Assembly: GCA_013239625.1 (NCBI GenBank)
Contig: MU054212.1
Span: 4,560,270 to 4,624,269, forward strand
Origin: Lama guanicoe
Lineage: Eukaryota
DNA: 64,000 nucleotides
Reading direction: 5' to 3'
A program made the position numbers and the translations under genes. The notes under the pieces are model-generated. The model had not been told where the DNA came from. It saw nothing but the letters and a program-made list of their open reading frames with translations, and ran no database searches. Positions 37,886 to 50,887 of the stretch are shown piece by piece; position 1 is the first letter of the stretch; each line of letters starts with the position of its first letter.

Positions 37886-38599
37886 TTAGGTAGGAATTTA
37901 TCTTTCCTCTTTTATGTAAGTAAGATGTGAAATGGCATTCTGAAAAATGTTCACTAAGTTTTAAAAAGAAAACAAACTGCTTCTGGTGTACTCTGTAAAA
38001 AAAAAAAAGACAGCACTTCACTATGATGCTAAACTAAATTGTATGTTTGCCACAAATACTCTAGAAGTTATAATAATGTTCTCCATTTAAAACCTTTCAA
38101 GAGCTACCATGTGGGTGATATTTAAAGATCCTTGTTCTGAAGCAATAATGTAGAATGAGCTACTGAGCTATCAACGGCCTGCATTGGTGACAAACATAAT
38201 TGTACATAAATGTTTTATATGATGCACAGACATGAGTATTTGATGAGTAATGCCATTAAATCCAAATTTATTTATCACTGCTATTCTGTGCAAGGATTTC
38301 ATGTAAATTAAGTATTTCCCTTGAAAGAGGTTTCCATTGCAAATAAACTTCATTTATAAAAAGTCTTATTAATTTAACAGGCTCATGATTTTACCATTTT
38401 CCTCATTAAGGAAATTTACCATTTCCTCATTATTACAGTGTGTTAACTGAGAAATTTCATGAGGAGTATCTGAAATGGTGGTGCTCTTCCATGGGACATT
38501 TTGCTTTACATAGCATAGCCTTGCTTCCTGGAAGAATTGTACAGGAGAAATGCAGCAGCATTTAGATGCCACACTTTGCCTAACATTAAATTTACTTCG

Positions 38600-38725
38600 T
38601 TTTCTTTCATCACATACCTTTTGAATATGTAATACATTCCAGGCATCATATTAAGCAATAGAAATAGACAGACAAAAAGCCTCAATCACTAACTACGCTT
38701 GAGGGACTCACTGTTTAGTCTAAGA
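38600..38725 (-). mobile_element. L2 3' fragment (left part; appears to resume at ~40916-41000 beyond the HAL1)
   Basis: 'tacattccaggcatcatattaagcaatagaaatagacagacaaaaagcc...gagggactcactgtttagt'. Confidence 0.55.
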
Positions 38726-38734
38726 GTCAGGTCT

Positions 38735-40915
38735 GCCAGGGCAAGATGGTAGACAGAGAGCATGTGTGCTCACCTTTTCTCTTTCCAGGTCTCAGCATGC
38801 AATTAAATGAAGGTAAAGAAGAAATAAATTCACAGCTAAGAGCATGACGAGACATCAGTAAAAGACAGATTTCAGCACATTTCTGGTAGACAAAAAGAGA
38901 TGGATGGGTTCAGTGATTAATCAAAGAACAGAAAGACATAATCTAGAACACTTGCCAAGGGAGTTGGTAACTGATGAAAAACAGACTCTTCTGACAGAAA
39001 CTCCAAAGAGGCTGCAGACTAAGTGATGGCAGACGCTTTGATGGGTGGGAGGAAGAGATAGATCTAAGAACAAGATGATTAATGGAGGACATGTAGGCAG
39101 AAGTAAACCACCCAAACCTCTTCCTACAGCTCCCTATACTGAAGCCTACCCCAGGCACAAATACTAATTTTTAAAAAAGCTGTCTGAGGAAAATAAGGGT
39201 AATTAGTTAAACTCATAGGGACCCAGAGTGAAATTTTTCTTATCCGATCACATGTCAGTCCCCCAGTACAGGAGTCACTCCCATGAATTCTCACTCTAAA
39301 GCATTTCCTACTGAATTCAAAGTTTCCCTATTCAGTATTCTTAGGTCCTTATTATTAAGTGTGAATTGGCTACCATAACTCACCAGGAGTTGATGAAAAC
39401 ACAGCAACAGGAAAAAGAACAATGAAGACATACCAAATAAATACTAACAGTGATGAAATACAATTAATTTAGAAAACTAAAATAAGTTTTAAAGATCTCC
39501 TGAGCATCCTCAGGTGAATTTCAGAAAGTTCTGCATGTATAAATAAACAGAATGCTATAAAAAAAAAGAAAAAAAGAAGAAGAAGGGAGAAACAATTCTC
39601 GGTAATTAAGTCACCATTAGACTAAAATGTTCAATAGAAGGTTGGAAGGTGAGTATGAAGTAATTGCGCATTTGATAGAGTACAACACACACAAGAGGGA
39701 TATATAAGAAAAAAGACAAGATCGGTTCATGATGCCTAACATTTGACTAATAGGAGTTTTTGGTAAAGAGGATGAAGAGAATAGTGGTAAAATGATCAAA
39801 GGTAAAGCACCAAAAAGACCTTCAAAGCTAATGGGAGAAACAAGTCTAATTCTACTTAAAAGGGTTTTCCAAGCACTGTACCTTAAAATAGCTACACATA
39901 TTATTGTGAAAAATAAGAAAAACAATGATCGAAGATCCTAGAATCACCTATAAACAACAGACCATCATTAACTTAGCATCCTAAATGAAAAATGAAGAAA
40001 TGCTTTCATTTCACTTAGGGGAAATGATTTTCAGCATAGATTTATATACTTAGGCAAACTTTCACCCAAATGTAAGGATAAATAAAATATTCTAAAATCT
40101 GAAGGAATTCAGAGAGTATATTTGGTAAGAAATATCTTTCATAGGAAATTGGTTAAGGAAATATTTCTGCAAATTAAAATTAAAATAGTAGGCCAAGAAA
40201 TAGGAAGATGTGAGATTCAGGACGTAATAAATACAGGACAAAAGGGTAGGGAAGTTCCAATACCTTTACATTATAAACTAGCCTAAAGTCTAGTTTAGAT
40301 CAGAAGGAAATAGATATAAGAAAGATACACCAGAAATATTAACATCTGAATATTTGTTTTTATTTTTATATATCCCAGTGACCGTCACAGGGGAACCACA
40401 GAGGAGAAAATTCGGTCCTACTCTGAACTCTAACTTACCTCTGCATTGCACTTTTTAAATTAATCTATAGACAAATTATGAAAAACTTAATTTTGCTTAA
40501 AGAGAAGAATATAAAAGCAAAGATATGAGTTAATGAAGATGAGTTGGAGGGAAGAGGGGCACCTGTATCCTCATCTTACAAAGTGGGTGCCAAGACGTGA
40601 TAATTAGGATTGACAGGACATAGTTATTTGGATTTTTGGATGGGATTAATGGAGTAAGAAACTGAAAATTATGGGATAACTATTTGATAAATAACAGCAA
40701 ACGTTTAAACCTTTTTTTTTTTTAACTGTTCGCAATTCTGAGGGTATTTGTCAGGCCAATTAAACCTAGAAATGGTTTTAAACGGTTGCTTCTGGGAAGG
40801 GAAATTGAGTATGAAGGATACTGAGGCAACATTAATGTTAATTTTATTGCACCCTTTTTGGCAGTATCTGGTTTTTCAGACTTTTATGTAAGACTTTGAT
40901 AAAATAAATTAAAAG
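38735..40915 (+). mobile_element. Near full-length HAL1 (ORF1-only half-L1), decayed
   Basis: L1-like 5' start 'gggcaagatggtagac'. Decayed ORF1-like region ('cctaacatttgactaataggagtt', 'gaaatgattttcagcatagatttatatacttaggcaaactttc'). HAL1-type 3' part ('ggttgcttctgggaagggaaattg', 'actttgataaaataaattaaaa') with no ORF2 in between. Confidence 0.7.
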
Positions 40916-42889
40916 TAATTGCAATATACAAAGTGCTAGGATATTGATAACTAAACAAGTCTACATGAGCCCATGGAGAGAGTGATGGTTAATTCCAGTT
41001 ATTACCCCTCTCTAGCCGTTTTAATGAACCATTTAAAAGGCAAGGTCATGGCTTTGAGTTTTTAGGTTGGGAGAGGCTAATGCACTTGCTCAGATGCATT
41101 ATATTTAGGTATACATTTACACGTTGATCGACGGAAGTTAAAAGGGCTCAGTGTCATTTACTTCTCTTGTGGGACCATCTCTGCTCCACTATTGATTAAC
41201 TATTATTGATTATCTACCATTGATTAACTCCTGTGTGATTTTAATTTCTTGCTGGCTTTAATTTTCCTTCTTGTAATAATTTTCTTCCATTTGATGCCTC
41301 TCAATGATTCTCCACAGAAAGATGACATTATTTTCCTGGATAAAATTAAGGAAGAAATTCAGATCTTAATGCCAAGTTCTCATATTGCATGCCATTTCAA
41401 ACATGCCAGTCCACGCTCTGCCCAAATGTTCCTAAGATAATATTCTGCTATTTTATGGCTCAAGTGTACTAATGCATTGATGCTGAGTGACGAAAGAACC
41501 ACTGCAGGAGAGCTTTATGTAGAGGGACTGCAAACAGAATCTCCAAATACTGCTTCTCTGACCGCCAAATGTAGCAATGCTCGGCAAACCACTTCTTAGA
41601 ACACTTTGTCTACATGCGTAATATTGACCTTCTATGGCTGTTGTAAGCACTAATAAAATCTTAGGAGTCATGTACTTTATAATTGTTTAAGTTGAGAATC
41701 ATAGATTTAGTGAGCTTTATTTCTGTGTGTTGGTAAGCTAAATTTTAAAGACAGAGAGGTCCCTGTAGAAAACCTGCATGTAATCACTTCTAGGGCTTCA
41801 ACTGGGGCTAGTGTCTAAAACAATTACTCTGCTTTGTCTTTTTTTAATGATCATTAATTATACTATCTAGTTCTATGTGTTTTAAATTTAGGGCGCTTGT
41901 TTTTTAAGATTCATTATAAGCTGGTAAAACCCTGCAAAAACGATCTAATTTGAAATAGAGCTTATTTTTAGATTCGAGTGCATGAGAATAAAGCTGTTTT
42001 AAGATTGTTGGCAGATTTGGCAGCATCACTAGTAAAATGTGTTTTTATTTCTATATAATTGCAAAAATATGTAATTTATTCTTTCAAGCAGAGACTATAG
42101 CTAGAGACTGGAGTGTAGCCAAGTGTTGAATATCTTGCAGGCGGGAGTTAAGGGTAATCCAAAAATTATACCCTGGCAACTCTCACCTTTACACCTGGAA
42201 AACTAGTTTAAAGGATCTGGGAAGGTGGAACACAAATCATCCGGGTGAGCAAAATTCGTTAGGAATAAATCAGCCTGGGCTTTGCAAATGTAAATCATTC
42301 CTTCTCTGCCTTGAAAAGATACTTTATGATGCTTAACAAAGAGTAAATAAAGGAGGGTTGCCAGATGTACTCAGTTTAGATTTTCAGTGCCTCTTAAGAG
42401 AGATATTTTTATCCTGAGTGTCACCTGACAGTGAGAATCTGTGTCTGCATTTGGAGAACACACAAGAAGCTCTCTTGCCATCTGGCCGGTCTGAAGTCCA
42501 GCTTTACCAGAGACCACAGCGTTAGCTGCCACCCCCGGACAAATCCATTTCTTGTTGAAGGTAGATTTTCAAGAATCTGTAAATTCTTCTCAACAGAGGG
42601 AGAAGAGGAAAAGTTCTGTCAGTGATTAAAAACTGGACAGAAGACAAAGTGGCAGGATTCTGAATAATGCCTCGCCGCTATAAGGAAAGAGCTGCCTGCT
42701 TATTGGAATGGAGTCAGGTATTTAAGTCCTTATTTAGAGTAGGGGAGGGTGACTGATTGTGTTGAACTGCCGAGGACAAACTTGGATGAAATGAAGAATC
42801 CTGAGAAAGTAATGGGGAAAAAAGTATACACACACACACATTCTTGTCTGTAAGGAATAAAAAAAAAAACTGAGAATTATTTCCCTTCT

Positions 42890-43335
42890 TTAACCAATTT
42901 ATGATCTAAATAGGAGACACTACACATAAAATGGTAATTAGCCTTAAATTCAAAGGCTGGAGGCAAATGACTGACCCAGAGAGGAAGTACAAGCATTGTC
43001 CAAAGCAAACAGTAAACACTCTTGATTGAGGTGGTCAGTGAAGGTGTCGTGGAGCAGATGTGATTTGGTCCTAAAAAGGGGTGTGAGTCAGTGATTGAGG
43101 AAGGTATGTTGCCAGAGTAGAAAATAGGAGCAAAGAAGACAGAAAAACTTTTAATAGTTTGTGCAGCATTTAATTGTCCATTTAGCTAGAGACGAAGTCC
43201 TGTTAAGCTAAATGTGTCCTCTGATGGCCGTTGAACAGGGGAATGACCATGATCAAAGCAATTTTATGAATATAGGTTTTACAAGTGATATAATACATGA
43301 AGAGTGGGTCACATGTGTGGGTGAGAGACCAGAAT
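42890..43335 (-). mobile_element. L2 LINE fragment
   Basis: 'ggtggtcagtgaaggtgtcgtggagcagatgtgattt', 'ttgaacaggggaatgaccatgatcaaa'. Confidence 0.65.
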
Positions 43336-43379
43336 GCAATGGTTGGCCAGGTTTTGAACTCTGACTCTATTGCTTCAAG

Positions 43380-44520
43380 TCATTTTTTTCTAAATTAATT
43401 TATATGAATATTTTGAATCAAATGCAAATACAGTTAGGTATTATTTTTTGAGGAGGAGAGGGCACTAGACAAGCTGAGTCCACCTACACTTTTATAGAAA
43501 AATAAACAAAAATGAACAGCAAGAAAACTTAAAAATCACAGTAGAAAATCTGCTCTTTAAGGTGCTAAAATCTGACAGTAATTAAAACAGTGTGTTACTG
43601 GCTCATGAAGAAAAAGATAATCCAATGGGACATAATAGAAAATCCAGGAATAGACCCAATGTATAAACAAGGTGGGGGGTAAATTAGGCAATAAATGATA
43701 TGGAAGCAAGTAGATAATGGTCTCACTAAATGTTATAGGAAAAAGTTGATAATGGACTGATAAGAATATTAAATAGAATCCATACATCATATCACATACC
43801 AGAATACATTGCAATTAGTATGACATTCAAATATATAAAATAAAAGCATAAATGTATCTGAAGAAAACATGGAATTATTTTTTTCACTTTAGATTGGAGA
43901 AGATTTTCCTCCCACTAATTCAAATTCCAGCAGACACAGTGTTTTTTACACGGTTAAATTAAGTTCCATAAAAATAAAAATAATTCTATATAGCAAAGTC
44001 AACATAATAATCCAGGAAAATATCTACTACTCATACGATAGGCAAATTGCTAATATTCCTAATACATAAGAGCTCGCACAAATAGATAAGAAAAAGACGT
44101 ACACTTAAATACAGAGCTTGGTAAAACAAAGGAAGCAGAGGGAGGGAGGAAGACTAGAACAGAATAAAAGATTAAATGGCTCTTAAACATGAACAAAATA
44201 TTCAGTTTCCCTCATAATTAGAAAAAACATAAACTAAACCTTCACTAATGTACCTACCATTCTTTTAGCCTCTTATTTGACAAAAATTCAAGTGTCCTAA
44301 GGCGCTAAGTTGCAGAAGTGTGAGTGGGGGTGAAGTGACATTCTGTCACCATGGATGGTATTTAGAAGTACATTAAAATTAGAAACGCATATAATTTTCA
44401 ATCCAGTGATTCCCATTAGGGGGCTTTGTCCAGCTGATACACCCTCTTGTTTGAAATGCTATATGTTACAAGAGTATTCATATAGCATTTGTCACAGCAA
44501 AATAGAAGTAACTTTTCTGT
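43380..44520 (+). mobile_element. Ancient LINE-1 ORF2 3' half, decayed
   Basis: 'acagtaattaaaacagtgtgttactgg' (TVIKTVCYW, cf. L1 ORF2 TVIKTVWYW), 'atagaaaatccaggaatagaccca', 'ctgaagaaaacatgg', 'atggctcttaaacatga'. Confidence 0.82.
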
Positions 44521-45953
44521 TACTGTCATTGATAAATGACACACTTCTAAATACAGTCTAATTAAAAAAAAAACTTTTCAAATAAAGGAATGACAGGCTA
44601 GTTTCCTCTTGTGAGCCACAGGAGAGCTTTATCAAATATTTTAACCTCCTTAGCCACCAAATAAAATTCAATGGCATCATTTTCCCATGAACTGAGAATA
44701 AGAAAGGGGAAAAAAAGCACTAGTGGGCATATAGAGACATTCAGTAAATCAGGACGCCTTTAAGGTTGATATGTGTTGTTCACCATTCTGTAATGTTAGG
44801 AAATACTAAGATAATAATAGTAATAACAACAACCTGTAATATTACAAGAAACATTTTTCTTTTTCTCTCTGAACACCTATTGTAATGTTGTTAGGCCCAG
44901 CATGTGTAGCTGTCAGGCAAAAAAACCAAAAAACTATTCATGGTGAATTAAATAAAACGCTTTCTACTACAGAAACAAAGTGGTTTCCCCACTCTTAAGA
45001 ATGCTGTTCAATTTAAACATGAGTTTGACTTCTTTTTAAAAAGTAGAATTTGACGTTACGTTTCAATTAATTGAAGAGATAATTGTGAAGAATTATCCTC
45101 AGTGACTTGATCTTCATTAAGCAGCAGCAGCACTGGAAAAAAAAAATTAGGACTGTTGGAGGGTAAGGGCAAAAAACCCTCAATGTTATAAATATTCAGC
45201 TCCTGCATAGCTATCTTTAGCTCTAGCTCCTTTCAGAACCAGCGTAAGCAATAGTGAATAGAAAAAGTAAAAGGTAGCAGCTTTCAAAGCTGTAGTCATT
45301 GGTTACTGATAAAAAGTCTACCATCTATGTCTGCTTTTCACCCTGGGAATCAGAAACTCAGCAGATACTGCTCGAAGGATGGTGGATGCCTAACTTCTGC
45401 TGTGTCTTTCCTATCAGATATACCTTTCCTGTGTCTCAGTAGTCATCAGCTCTTCCATCGTGATATAGTCATCTTTCAACATTCAGGTTTTTGTTTTTGT
45501 TTTGCTTTTTGTCTTCTTTCCTAGGTTACGATGTGCCCAGAGAACCATAAAATTGTCTTTTAAGAAAAACACAAAGAAACAGGTTGTTTAAGAAATTTAT
45601 ACCAGTCATTTGGGTGATAATCTTACCCTTTCCCAGTTCATGTCCAGAAGTAACTGAGAAATACATGCAGGAGTCTGAGCAGCAAAAATCCATTTTTTTT
45701 TAAAAAAAAACTGGTAAAAAGTGGATTCGAAAATGTAGCTTTAGTCTTAAACTGGAACCTGCTGCTACTCTGTCCCCATCCCTCATCTCCGATTGTCCTT
45801 ATGCGTCTGAAACTTCAGGACTGACTCCTGCAGTATATAGTGTGCCTACAAGATGACCTTATGACGGAGTGAGTAAATTTGTGAGTAAGAAGCCCAGAAA
45901 GAGAAGAGGCACATAGAACACAACTTCGCTCGTCAGATAAGACTTTCTTTGTG

Positions 45954-45984
<31 letters not shown>

Positions 45985-46001
45985 AAAAAAAAAGATTATT
46001 A

Positions 46002-46032
<31 letters not shown>
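45954..46032 (+). repeat. Paired long poly(A) tracts: A30-C-A9-GATTATTATGT-A28
   Basis: Read directly from the sequence. Confidence 0.95.
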
Positions 46033-46035
<3 letters not shown>

Positions 46036-46599
46036 TCAGAGAAGCTAGGTTTGGGGTGGAGAATCCTGGATACCTGAGCCACTCTTTTGAGTGCTTTAGG
46101 CCAACAACAGAACATTAGTAAAATGCAAATTAGCTCTCTCTTAAGAGTAAGACAGCAACCACTTTCTATTCATCAGTACTTTCTCTTAGGTAACATCAGA
46201 TAATCTAGCTGGTTAAAAGAACTCTTGTCAAAAATCTAATACCCAGAATTGAGATGGAAGAATTGAAATCTACAAAGTGGGGTGAGATACAGGAGAAGCA
46301 GATTCAGCTGAGGGTCATAATTGAGGGTTTTGGGTGCCAGGCTGCCACGTGATGATTCTGGATGTGAGCACAAATTTCAATGACAATTTTGCTTTAGCTG
46401 GCCAATTTTCTAAGATCAAGCCAGCAACATCTAACATCCACTTTTTGCTATTATCTAGAATTAGTTAAGGACAAATGATTTCTCTTCCATTTTTATTTTC
46501 TTTTCGACTCCCTCTAACCATTGAGCTGCTGTTGCAAACTGAACAGAATATTTTGACCTTTACCCTCAGTGGCATTATGAGCAAACTCACCTACAACCA

Positions 46600-47012
46600 G
46601 CATTCATAAGAATGAAAATGAACATTTCCTGAACATTCTAATTGTACTGGACATCATGCCTTAGCCACTCGCATGGGTTTTTTTCATTTAATGTTCATAA
46701 CTTTAATAGATATTATTAAACCATTTGCAATTAGACTCTCTTTTTATCTGAGAGCAAAGTTCTTTCCCTAGGGTGTAAATCTTTAAAGAGCTGCATAGCC
46801 ACCCAGGAAACAGATAAATAAACTTATTCAAAGCTTCTTATTATTGAATATTGTATTTATCAAAGATGTACAACACTTTCTCCCCTAATCAAGTGGTGTC
46901 TTTTTGTTAATTCAGCTACCAGTCATATACCAGGCACTCTGTACTCATTTCGGGAGAACAGTAATGAACAAGGCAGATATCGCATTTCCTGCTGAGGCAT
47001 TTCCTAGGTGGG
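46600..47012 (-). mobile_element. Adjacent MIR (~46610-46730) and L2 (~46905-47012) fragments
   Basis: MIR-like 'tttcatttaatgttcataac'. L2-like 'ataccaggcactctgtactc...gagaacagtaatgaacaaggcagat'. Confidence 0.55.
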
Positions 47013-50000
47013 AATCGGTTGATTCAACACAGCTGGTATTCTCTTATTTTTTCCCAGAAGGCTAATAGTCCGAGCAGGAATCATGGAGTATTAGGAATCT
47101 AAGAAGCTGTGGTTGAATAGAGCAAATGGTCTCTTCTAGGAAAGTATTATTTACACGTTGATATTACCCTGAAGTGACAGATAAGAAACCTAGGGAAGAT
47201 TACTATGGGTACTATATAATCTGCCAACATTCTGTCTCAGTGGACTTTATCCTTGTGTGAATTTCCATGAGCCTTATTGAATACTCTGAATTTCAAGGCT
47301 CTGAGCTACAGTTTAGATGTTCCAAAAAACGGTGGAATACTGGCAGACTAATATGAATAGAATATGAAAAACTAAAATAAACAAAAAGAAAGGTCTGTAT
47401 ATGTTTGTCTTAGGGCCCCAACATGGCTGAATTGGCCTTGATATGCTCCTAACAAATATATATATCTCTCTCACAACAGGTGGAATTGCTGTGGTCCTTT
47501 CAAGTGATTTATTACCTTGACCTCATGCAGTGAATGCAGTGCACCGGTGGATAATTTGGCCAAAATAAGACAATACAATTCAAAACTAAAAGAATAAAAG
47601 TGCCAGGCACAGTCACAAACAGATGATGTCTGGGAAAATGTTTCACACTGACCTCTGAAGTCTTTTTAGTAGCATAACAAGATATTGATGATGGCAGAAA
47701 TAATTTACTTGTCTCAGTTCTGCTCCCTGTTTAACATGGTGAAAACGGGAGACTTTGCCTTATTTCTCTTCTGCCCGTTGAACTTTCACTGAAGTGTTTG
47801 CCTGGTCAGTTCTTGGACAGGCCATGGGAACACAGGGAAGTAAGACAGGAGCTACAGGAGTAGCTTCCTTTATCCTTGAAATAAAGTCATTTGTGCCTCA
47901 AATATTAATACTTACAAAAAAAATTGTGGGCGTCTCACACTGAGTGTCTTAGAAGAAGTCACTGTTGCGCCCTCCCTGACTCTTCACTGTCAGTGAAGTG
48001 GAGGTATGGACTAAATAATGCTGTAGGCTTTAAAACTTAGGTCAAGCTTGGAGGACAAACCTGCAATCCAGCATTACAGAAACAAATATAAAAGCCATAT
48101 TCATTATAGTAATATAATATATTCCTGGGATAACCTATACCTCGGTGGATATTTTGATTTATTAAGTATTTTAGACAGATGCCGAATCATAAGCTTTCAA
48201 AGTCTTGGCCTTCCACCATATGCAGTTGGGATGGCGAATGGATGTTATAGTAGGCAAAGCTCTCTCCTGGGTACCACGGGCGGGGAGAACTCAGTGAAAG
48301 CTGGCAGTTGACACAAGATGCTGCGGTGTCATACATTTAATATGTGTTTTCTTTAATCATTTTAGTGCTTGTGTTAAGTCCTGGAAAACTTATAGTGTAA
48401 CTTGTCTCATAGTTTGATCTGTTTTTTAGTTATAATTCACACGGCAACAGAAAATTTAATTCCTATACTTACCTATTTGTCATTGTATAATGAATTTAAA
48501 CATTACTATCTTAATATGTAACTGAAAACAAAGAATGATGCAAGCCATTAATTTTCGATGAAATGATTTCAGATACGGTCTAATGTGTCGTATTCATGCG
48601 TAGGTGATTTTAAATACTTAAACTGCGTAAGGAAATAATGCAATCCCATCTGCCAAATATTTTTAAATAAATTTCCTTTTCTTCAACATTCTGGGTCACA
48701 CTAGAGCTGAAGTAAAATCTGTAGCTCAAAAAATTCTTACATAAGGTCTCCACTATTATGGATCTAAACCTTTTGTCAGGAGATTTCAATATGATTTTCA
48801 ATACTGTCATATTTAAGTTGCAGAAGAAAATGGCTTTTTTACTTGGTAAGAGTGATAATGTTTCTTGACCGATGTCATGTAAAAATTCTAAGATACCAGA
48901 CTCTTCTGAATTAGAATAGCTAAACAAAATGGTTTTGGTCACAAGCAAGAGTGTCACAGGGAAAAATCTGTATTTATAACGCATCTGGATTTATGTTCCT
49001 ACGCCTGACACCATAAGTAACTCATTCTCACATGAAAGGTTATTATCTGCAAACAGAATATAGTTATCCTCAGATTTTCATTGTTTTTCCACTTATGATT
49101 AAATATTTGCATTCCATCTTTGTCTCCCAGTTTTCATTTTTTCTGCTCCGTCTGGTGATCAATCATGTCTTGTGTTTTTAAATAGTGGTTTGTAGAGGGT
49201 TTAAAACACATCCATTTTTTTTACTCTGTCAGTAATAAAACAAAAGTATTGCTTATAGTGTCTCCTGGGGTACGTATTGATGTCATGCACATCGGAGTCA
49301 TTGAAAGATTTCTGAAAAGGAAAAGGTTAAAGGGCAGACATTTTTAATGCCAGAAGTCTGATCAATATAAGAAGGAATTGCGTTGCTAAGCCTATTTATT
49401 TTTTCTTGCTTCACAAAAGAGAACAAGAGGAATTCAATTTCATAGGATGGAAATAACTTGAGGGGAGCTGCTGCCATCCAGATCAACTTCAGGTCCAAAT
49501 GGTTCATTCCTCTCTGACAAGACCCTGGTGAAACCCAGTGAGCTGATGTTCTTGAAATCAGGCACAGAAATTCTGAAGCAAAGTTTCACATTTGCATCTA
49601 TGATTTGCTTAAAATATTCCATTTAGCCTGTCCTCCCAGGAAACAAAGCCAGCGGTACTCGATTACTGAATAGCCCTTTTCGGATGCTTAGTTTGAGGAG
49701 ATTTTAAAAAGATTATGGGAAACTTGAATTTTACAGAATGAATCATGGGTTGTATTTCAGTTTTGATTTGTCTCCATGGGTTGAAAAGATACGAGAGTAG
49801 GATACATTATAGATTAGCTCTGTTTCAGCATGCTCTTACTGTAATCTCAGGCAGAGTCAAATGCTTTGGAGAAAAAGATTAAACTGGTAGAATAAGAGTT
49901 ATAAGAAAGGACAAATCCATATACGCAAAAGTGGGCTTGGAGTAATAACATGCAATATTTTCCATGCAGGTACTTGTATTTTTATTGTATATGTCTATGG

Positions 50001-50100
50001 TCATATTCACAACAATCAGTTTAAGCAATGATTTGGAAATGTCTAATCATTGCTTTCAGGAAAAGGACTAACTGCTCAATGTAGGAAATAAAGTTTGGGG

Positions 50101-50141
50101 CATGTGCGCGCGCACGCGCGCACACACACACACACACACAT
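50101..50141. repeat. Alternating purine-pyrimidine (CG)n/(CA)n microsatellite
   Basis: catgtgcgcgcgcacgcgcgcacacacacacacacacaca. Confidence 0.9.
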
Positions 50142-50609
50142 CTCTAATCACCGGCATTTAAGGAATACCCACTGTGTACAGAAAAGCATGACTTTGGGGA
50201 ATACAAAGGGATAAGAATACACGTTTTCCTTAAAAGAAGAACAAGAAGCAAGGGAACAAATCCTTTTCTCGGATTCTAAGAGGTCTGAATTGCCTTGGTG
50301 TGACCTCCAGAAGAACCCCAGCCTCTCAGCCTTTCCTTTGCCTCTATCTTGTGTTGCTAGGATGCTGAGGTAGAAAATGGATACACTGCCTCCCGCTCAC
50401 CCACCCCTTTCCAAGGCCTAAAGACAACCTCAGCCTGGGCCCTCTTCTATTTCTCTTATTCTTCTGTGAGAAAATGTCTTCCCAGGGCCTGTCAGAGTGC
50501 CCGATACATGTTAAGTTCTTCTTACAGGCTTAACTACCTTGATTCTCAATATTGAAAGATAAGAACAAATAATATTCTGGGGGAGGATGGTTTTGTTCAT
50601 CAGTGGTCA

Positions 50610-50873
50610 GTTCTTAGAGCAGCTTTATCTGACCTGTTTATCTAAAATAGTACATTCTGTCCTCTATCCCCTCCCTAAATTACTCTGGTTCATTTTTTAT
50701 TATAGCATTTTTACCATGATTTTAACACAGATTGTATTATAGACCTATTCATTTATGTATTTTCTCATTTTTCCCAATAAAATATAAGATGCATAAAGAG
50801 GGAGTTTTGTGTCCCTCTGCCTTATGCTAAGCAGTTTGGAGATGTCGAATAACTGTTTGTTGAATGAGTGAAA
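50610..50873 (+). mobile_element. L2 LINE 3' end
   Basis: 'ctttatctgacctgtttatctaaaatag...aatataagatgcataaagaggga...tttgttgaatgagtgaa', the canonical L2 tail. Confidence 0.8.
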
Positions 50874-50887
50874 GATTAATTTGTTGG

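Noticed and set aside
42171..42366. ctggcaac (42173) and gttgccag (42357) as transposon TIRs
   Set aside because: They face outward rather than enclosing an element, and no TSD is visible. At most these are RFX half-sites or a stray hAT end.
50023..50055. Perfect 11-bp hairpin aagcaatgatt / aatcattgctt with an 11-nt loop (miRNA-like?)
   Set aside because: Stem too short for a pre-miRNA and does not extend. One such stem in 64 kb of AT-rich DNA is near chance expectation.
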